Shown piece after piece: positions 58,860 through 64,000 of a stretch of DNA of 64,000 nucleotides. Under the pieces are notes generated by a model, which worked only from the letters and a program-made list of their open reading frames with translations, did not search any database and was not told where the DNA came from. The DNA is from Bacteroidota bacterium (GTDB taxonomy: Bacteria; Bacteroidota; Bacteroidia; Chitinophagales; Chitinophagaceae). The DNA lies in assembly GCA_005798905.1 (NCBI GenBank), contig SYIK01000001.1:140443-204442 (forward strand), in the 5' to 3' direction. The position numbers and the translations under genes are program-made. Position 1 is the first letter of the stretch. Every line of letters begins with the position of its first letter.

Positions 58860-59486
58860 ATGGAAATTGTATTAAAATATTTTTCTGATTTTTCTCCGCA
58901 GCAATTGCAACAACTTAGTTTATTGGAAAATTTATATAAAGATTGGAATGAAAAAATTAATGTGATTTCTCGAAAAGATATTGATGGACTTTACGAAAAA
59001 CATGTTCTTCATTCACTTGCCATTGCTGCTGTTTTTGAATTTGATCCTGGAATGGAAATAATTGACCTTGGAACAGGAGGTGGATTTCCCGGGATACCGC
59101 TTGCTATTTTTTTCCCAGAAGTTAAATTTCATTTAGTTGACAGTACTGCAAAAAAATTGAAAGTAGTTGAAGCAATTTCCGAATCACTTGGTTTAAAAAA
59201 TATAACTACACAACATACAAGAGTTGAAGAAATTAAAGGTCGGCGTTTTGATTTTGTCGTTTCAAGGGCCGTTGCCCCTCTCGCAGATTTATGGAAATGG
59301 AGCAAGCCTTTACTAAAAATCGGCAAGGTAGAACAACCAAACAAAAAGGGATTGATTTGCCTAAAAGGGGGAGATTTAGCTTTAGAAATTCAGGAAAGCC
59401 GAGCCCGGCCGCAAATAATAGAAATAGCAACCCTCTTTTCAGAGTCCTTTTTTAAAGAAAAATACTTACTTTTTTTACCTCGCTAA
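58860..59486 (+). CDS. rsmG: 16S rRNA (guanine527-N7)-methyltransferase
   Basis: 208 aa. Contains W.N.K.N..S, the SAM motif DLGTGGGFPGIPLAI and D...KK. Confidence 0.88.
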   Translation: MEIVLKYFSDFSPQQLQQLSLLENLYKDWNEKINVISRKDIDGLYEKHVLHSLAIAAVFEFDPGMEIIDLGTGGGFPGIPLAIFFPEVKFHLVDSTAKKLKVVEAISESLGLKNITTQHTRVEEIKGRRFDFVVSRAVAPLADLWKWSKPLLKIGKVEQPNKKGLICLKGGDLALEIQESRARPQIIEIATLFSESFFKEKYLLFLPR

Positions 59487-59547
59487 TTTTTTAAAACCTA
59501 CCGATAAGTGGTATTGTTTTGTTGAAACCGAATACGGATATTTGAAA

Positions 59548-60192
59548 ATGGACAAAATAAAAGTTTGTATTGTAGAAGATCATGATGACGTTCGAGGACT
59601 TTTACAAGAAATTATTTCCAATTCAGGCACCTGTGAATGTTTAGGTGCAATGCAAAATGCAGAAGAAGCAATTGAATTGTTACCTACATTGATGCCCGAC
59701 ATCGTAATGATGGATATTAATTTAGGAAGAGGTGAATCAGGAATTGATTGCGTAAGAAAGTTGAAACCCGAAATGCAAGCAAGCAATTTTATGATGGTTA
59801 CGGTTTATGATGACGAGGAATCTATTTTTGAAGCACTTACAGCCGGTGCCACAAGCTATATGTTAAAAAGAACTTCACCTGCTCAAATGATTGAAAGTAT
59901 TACTGAGCTTCATCAAGGAGGTTCGCCAATGAGTAGCTTGATTGCAAGAAAAGTTTTAGACATTTTTCATCACGCACCTCCACCTTCTCCTTCCCAAATA
60001 AATCCATTAATGGAAATTTCGCCAAAACAAAATATGGTATTAAAGCAATTAGCAAAAGGAATGCAATACAAGGAAATTGCGCAAGAACTTGATATTAATA
60101 TCGAAACTGTTCGCAAACACGTTTACCAAATTTATAAAAAATTACATGTTACAACTCGTGTTGAAGCAGTTAATAAATTGTATGGTAGATAA
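59548..60192 (+). CDS. NarL/LuxR-family response regulator
   Basis: REC domain with VEDH, the phospho-acceptor context DIVMMDINL and a K. C-terminal LuxR HTH: LSPKQ..VL..LAKGM.YKEIA.EL.I...TV..H...IY.KL.V. No histidine kinase gene lies adjacent. Confidence 0.88.
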   Translation: MDKIKVCIVEDHDDVRGLLQEIISNSGTCECLGAMQNAEEAIELLPTLMPDIVMMDINLGRGESGIDCVRKLKPEMQASNFMMVTVYDDEESIFEALTAGATSYMLKRTSPAQMIESITELHQGGSPMSSLIARKVLDIFHHAPPPSPSQINPLMEISPKQNMVLKQLAKGMQYKEIAQELDINIETVRKHVYQIYKKLHVTTRVEAVNKLYGR

Positions 60193-60207
60193 TTCAGAAG
60201 TATTTTT

Positions 60208-62052
60208 TTAATCCCATTTCAACTCCAATTTATTGTTCTTTTTTTCAACATCCGCTAATCGATGAGATGGATCGATTTCAACCAATGTTATTTCCGTTAA
60301 CTTTTTGTTTGTTTCAATAGTATAAACAGGATGTGTCCATTTCCACGGTTCATAAATAAGATTGCTTATTGTTGAATTCTCATTTACTTTTTTGCCATAC
60401 ATTAAATCCAATGGAACATAATGTAATTCTTTACTGCCATCTTTAAAAGTTAATTGCAAATCAATTGGCATCGGAAAATTCCCGTTTCGTTTTATCCTAA
60501 TTTTTGTTTTTCCGTTTTCTTCCCACAAACTATCAATACCGTAATCAATTGTTTTGGTACTATTCACCCAATACAATTTGTACCAATCTAATTTTAGATC
60601 GCTAACTTTTTCTGCAACATTCATAAAATCATTGATGTTTGGATGTTTAAATTTCCATTGATCATAATAGGTCAATAATATTTTATCTCGAACAGAAGCA
60701 CCAACAATATAACCGAGCTGCTCTATAAAAACTGCACCTTTTGAATAAGCTGCTTGCCCATAAGCAAAATTTGAATTGAAATGATCGGCATGTGTTGACA
60801 AGGGTTCTTCTTTTCCACTCTTTGCTAAATTATAATACCCATTATAATTTCCTTCGTAAGCAAATGCATTACTCGAATCCAAAAATGCAGTAATTCTATC
60901 TTCGGCATAACTTGTAAAACCTTCGTCCATCCACGCATACAAGGATTCGTTGGTAGCTAATACACCTTGGTACCAATTATGCATCCATTCGTGCAACCAT
61001 GCACCGGGACTTGCCAATAAAGTAGCCATTGGGTATTCCATTCCGCCATCTCCTCCGTGAATAAATGAATATTGTTTATAAGAATATTTGCCAAAAGTTT
61101 TTTCAATAAAAGGAAATGCTTTTTCTGCATTATCTAAAATATCTTCCCATTGTTTTGAATTGTTTTTATTCGGCTTATAAAGCAAATGAAGTGTAAGACT
61201 ATCGCGTAATTTTCTTGTCAAATGTTTAAATTCAGGATCGGCAGCCCACATAAAATCATGAACTTGTGGCGCTATAAAATGCCAAGTATTTTTATCGCTG
61301 GCTGGCTGTTTTAATTTTTCAATTTTTGTTTCGTATCCAAATCCAATTTGGTTTGCATTTTGTAAATAACCTGTCCCGCCCAAAATATAATTTTTATCAA
61401 TCGTAATTTTTACATCATAATCTCCCCACACACCATAAAATTCGCGAGCAATATATGGAGTTGGATGCCAACCTTCGTAATCGTACTCGCACAACTTTGG
61501 ATACCATTGACTCATAGAATAACGCACATTTGTACTGGGATTATCTCTTCCGCTTCTTCTGATTTGCAATGGAACTTGTGCTTCAAATTCCATATCAAAA
61601 ACAACTTTTGATTTTGGAAGAATTGGCTTATCCAATTTTACAATTAAAATTGTTTCTTGTTCTTGAAAATTTTGAACTCTTCCGTTCATTTTTAATGATA
61701 GAATTTTTTGATACCCAATTTCATTTGGTTTTAAATTGTGTATTCTATTTTTTACTCTTGCATCCCAATCGGGTCGATTGTTTATTAAATTTTTTCCCAA
61801 CTCGCAGCTTCGAGTATCCATCATACTATTGGGTTGAAATGCATTAAAATACAAATGATAAAAAACTGTTTTTAATGTATCGGGAGAATTGTTCCAATAT
61901 TCCAATTTCTGTTTCCCGGTAAATTGATTAGTTGCAACATTCATATCCACAGCCATCGTGTATTTCACTTTTTGCTGCCAACGATCGGACTGTGCAAAAG
62001 AAGTTTGAACAATAAAAAAACCAATTAGTATAAACAGACTTTTTTTATACAT
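60208..62052 (-). CDS. M1-family zinc metallopeptidase
   Basis: 614 aa with a signal peptide. Contains the GGMEYP-type exopeptidase motif (DGGMEYPM), HEXXH (HEWMH) and the downstream WMDEG zinc-binding Glu. Confidence 0.85.
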   Translation of the reverse strand: MYKKSLFILIGFFIVQTSFAQSDRWQQKVKYTMAVDMNVATNQFTGKQKLEYWNNSPDTLKTVFYHLYFNAFQPNSMMDTRSCELGKNLINNRPDWDARVKNRIHNLKPNEIGYQKILSLKMNGRVQNFQEQETILIVKLDKPILPKSKVVFDMEFEAQVPLQIRRSGRDNPSTNVRYSMSQWYPKLCEYDYEGWHPTPYIAREFYGVWGDYDVKITIDKNYILGGTGYLQNANQIGFGYETKIEKLKQPASDKNTWHFIAPQVHDFMWAADPEFKHLTRKLRDSLTLHLLYKPNKNNSKQWEDILDNAEKAFPFIEKTFGKYSYKQYSFIHGGDGGMEYPMATLLASPGAWLHEWMHNWYQGVLATNESLYAWMDEGFTSYAEDRITAFLDSSNAFAYEGNYNGYYNLAKSGKEEPLSTHADHFNSNFAYGQAAYSKGAVFIEQLGYIVGASVRDKILLTYYDQWKFKHPNINDFMNVAEKVSDLKLDWYKLYWVNSTKTIDYGIDSLWEENGKTKIRIKRNGNFPMPIDLQLTFKDGSKELHYVPLDLMYGKKVNENSTISNLIYEPWKWTHPVYTIETNKKLTEITLVEIDPSHRLADVEKKNNKLELKWD

Positions 62053-62076
62053 CAGAATTATTTTTTTGTATGTAAC

Positions 62077-62541
62077 CTAAAACAAAAAACAACTTTTATG
62101 GCTTCCGACTAAATAACACTGGCTTCCTTGAGAGTAATCAATTTCGGCAATTAATGTATCATTTCTAATTTTTAAAAATGCCCAATTTCTTAACCCCCCA
62201 GCCATTGAGTAAAACCAAATGTTATCAGGTGTAGATCTTGTAATGGTAGCTTTGTCGTACACCAATGTAACTCCTGAAGCAGTTACACGTTTAACCGTGT
62301 CTAGCGGTAAAAACGAAAACACATCTTGCTGCCCTGCTGTGTAATAAATATTATAACAAGGCAAAAAGCCACATCTTGTTTCCCAAGTTAAAAGCCAATT
62401 ACCAGGTAGTGTAGCTTTTAATTCATCTAATGATACATTGATTAAATCTTTATTGTGGGGATCTACAACTAGAGGTTTGTCATCGCAACCAATATAAAAG
62501 GTAGAGAAAAATAGCATTATTATTATTAATATGTATTTCAT
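62077..62541 (-). CDS. Hypothetical lipoprotein
   Basis: 154 aa with lipobox-like FYIGCDD. No other recognisable motif. Confidence 0.45.
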   Translation of the reverse strand: MKYILIIIMLFFSTFYIGCDDKPLVVDPHNKDLINVSLDELKATLPGNWLLTWETRCGFLPCYNIYYTAGQQDVFSFLPLDTVKRVTASGVTLVYDKATITRSTPDNIWFYSMAGGLRNWAFLKIRNDTLIAEIDYSQGSQCYLVGSHKSCFLF

Positions 62542-62729
62542 AGTGATTATTATAAATTTTTAAAAAAGGTTGTTAAAATGACTATAAAGAAAGGTGGGCT
62601 TAGGTCTATACTGATTAGTTTGTTAATCTCGTTACGCATCTTGGTTTACATACATCTTACGTTATATGCTACTAAGTTATAAATAATAGCGTATACCCCA
62701 AAAATATCTCATAACCTATAATTACCCCA

Positions 62730-63395
62730 TTATTTTTTCCCTTGAACTACAATTACAATTTCTCCTTTCACACCTTTCTCTTTAAAATAAGCACTCACTT
62801 CTTTGAGACTTCCGCGTTTATTTTCTTCAAACATTTTACTTATTTCTCTACTTACACAACAGATTCTTTCTTCTCCAAAATATTGAATAAAATCATTTAA
62901 TGTTTTTACTAATCGCATCGGCGACTCGTAAAAAACCATTGTCCTTTCTTCTTCTGCCAATTGCTTCAACAATGTTTGCCTTCCTTTTTTTACAGGAATA
63001 AATCCTTCAAATGCAAACCGATTTGTGGGTATTCCACTATTTACCAATGCGGGTACAAACGCAGTTGCGCCGGGTAAACATTCAACTTTAATTGCTTCTT
63101 TTATACATTCTCGAACCAATAAAAATGCAGGATCAGAAATTCCGGGAGTTCCGGCATCGGTTAACAAAGCCATTTTTTTTCCGGCTTGCAATTGATCCAA
63201 TAAATGTTTTACTACTTGATGTTCGTTGTGTTGATGATACGGTGTAAGTGGTTTTACAATTTCATACTTCTTTAAAAGATGAGAAGATGTTCTTGTATCT
63301 TCTGCTAAAATCAAATCCACTTCATTTAAAATAGTAATTGCTCGAAGTGTAATATCGGCCAAGTTGCCAATTGGTGAAGGGATGAGATAAAGCAT
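62730..63395 (-). CDS. rsmI: 16S rRNA (cytidine1402-2'-O)-methyltransferase
   Basis: 221 aa. Contains LYLIPSPIGNL.DIT.RA...L, AEDTR, DAGTPGISDPG-like and FYESP.R. Confidence 0.9.
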   Translation of the reverse strand: MLYLIPSPIGNLADITLRAITILNEVDLILAEDTRTSSHLLKKYEIVKPLTPYHQHNEHQVVKHLLDQLQAGKKMALLTDAGTPGISDPAFLLVRECIKEAIKVECLPGATAFVPALVNSGIPTNRFAFEGFIPVKKGRQTLLKQLAEEERTMVFYESPMRLVKTLNDFIQYFGEERICCVSREISKMFEENKRGSLKEVSAYFKEKGVKGEIVIVVQGKK

Positions 63396-63421
63396 GAATG
63401 ATTAACTATTCAAATCGATAT

Positions 63422-63670
63422 TTACTTATTAACAAACACTTCAAAATATTCCATTACAGGATTTGCCAACAATTTTTTACTTGCAATTGTTGCCAATTCT
63501 ATTGCTTCTTCGGCAGATGCAGCATTTATTTGAAGGGTTATGTTTTTTCCCACACGAACATCTTCTACATTTTCCAATCCTAAATTTTGCAACCCACCCA
63601 TCACCGCTTTTCCTTGTGGATCGAGCAATTCTTTCAATGGCATTACTTTTATTTCTACAGAATAATTCAT
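63422..63670 (-). CDS. purS: Phosphoribosylformylglycinamidine synthase subunit PurS
   Basis: 82 aa. Contains V.V..K...LDPQG.AV...L..LG and NP..E. Confidence 0.85.
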   Translation of the reverse strand: MNYSVEIKVMPLKELLDPQGKAVMGGLQNLGLENVEDVRVGKNITLQINAASAEEAIELATIASKKLLANPVMEYFEVFVNK

Positions 63671-63671
63671 T

Positions 63672-64000
63672 TTATTTCGATTTAAAAATCAAAGATAACG
63701 CAACATATCCAACGAGGATAATCGGAACTGCTAACCATTGTAATAATACAATTGCTAAAGTTGAAAAAATCAAAAGAATGATTTTAGATAAATTATTTTT
63801 TAAACTAAAATCTTTAAACTTCAAACTCAACATCTGGATAGTGGAAACCATTAATGCCGATAGTAAAATAATGACGGCATACAACACCCATTTGTTCACC
63901 AATAATGTTTGCATATTTAAAATCTGCAACCAACAAATCAATGGAAACGATGCGATAGTAATGCCGGCAGCCGGTGTGGGTAATCCTTTAAATGAAAAAT
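63672..64000 (-). CDS. CDP-alcohol phosphatidyltransferase family protein (phosphatidylserine synthase-like), C-terminal part; 5' end outside the window
   Basis: The frame stays open upstream of the track's TTG start to the window edge. It reads ...FSFKGLPTPAAGITIASFPLICWLQ followed by hydrophobic helices, which fits the PssA-type C-terminal half. Confidence 0.6.
   Translation of the reverse strand, partial: FSFKGLPTPAAGITIASFPLICWLQILNMQTLLVNKWVLYAVIILLSALMVSTIQMLSLKFKDFSLKNNLSKIILLIFSTLAIVLLQWLAVPIILVGYVALSLIFKSK

Overview
AT-rich chromosomal segment from a Bacteroidota bacterium. Supporting evidence: the T9SS translocon gene sprA, proteins with type A and type B T9SS C-terminal sorting domains, recurring TAnnTTTG promoter boxes, futalosine-pathway menaquinone genes and the bamD-rpoZ neighbourhood. 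Coding density is high and almost entirely housekeeping: folD, queE, dprA, guaB, guaA, ruvA, fabD, folE, two queD/PTPS paralogs, mqnB/mqnD, scoAB, bamD, rpoZ, ispB-like, recJ, rpsF-rpsR-rplI, surE, lpxB, gltA, an lptF/G-family gene, tgt, rsmG, rsmI, purS, a partial pssA and one tRNA-Ala(GGC). I found no transposase, integrase, phage genes, cas genes or recognisable defence or toxin cassette, and no convincing novel multi-gene system. Points worth a second look: (1) a two-copy CRISPR-like repeat remnant with 76-nt spacing directly 3' of tRNA-Ala and no cas genes in the window; (2) two tandem ~870-aa paralogous type-B-CTD T9SS cargo genes next to sprA with no visible sprF/porP-like partner; (3) a ComEA-like HhH domain fused to a putative outer-membrane barrel and translationally coupled to a second barrel protein; (4) folE followed by two PTPS/QueD paralogs; (5) a 1123-aa T9SS-secreted EEP-nuclease-like protein; (6) a stand-alone XRE-HTH/S24 LexA-like regulator; (7) three housekeeping genes whose -7 promoter box lies 3-4 nt from the ATG, implying leaderless mRNAs. 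All functional calls rest on motifs read from the translations and on recalled family knowledge; no database search was run.
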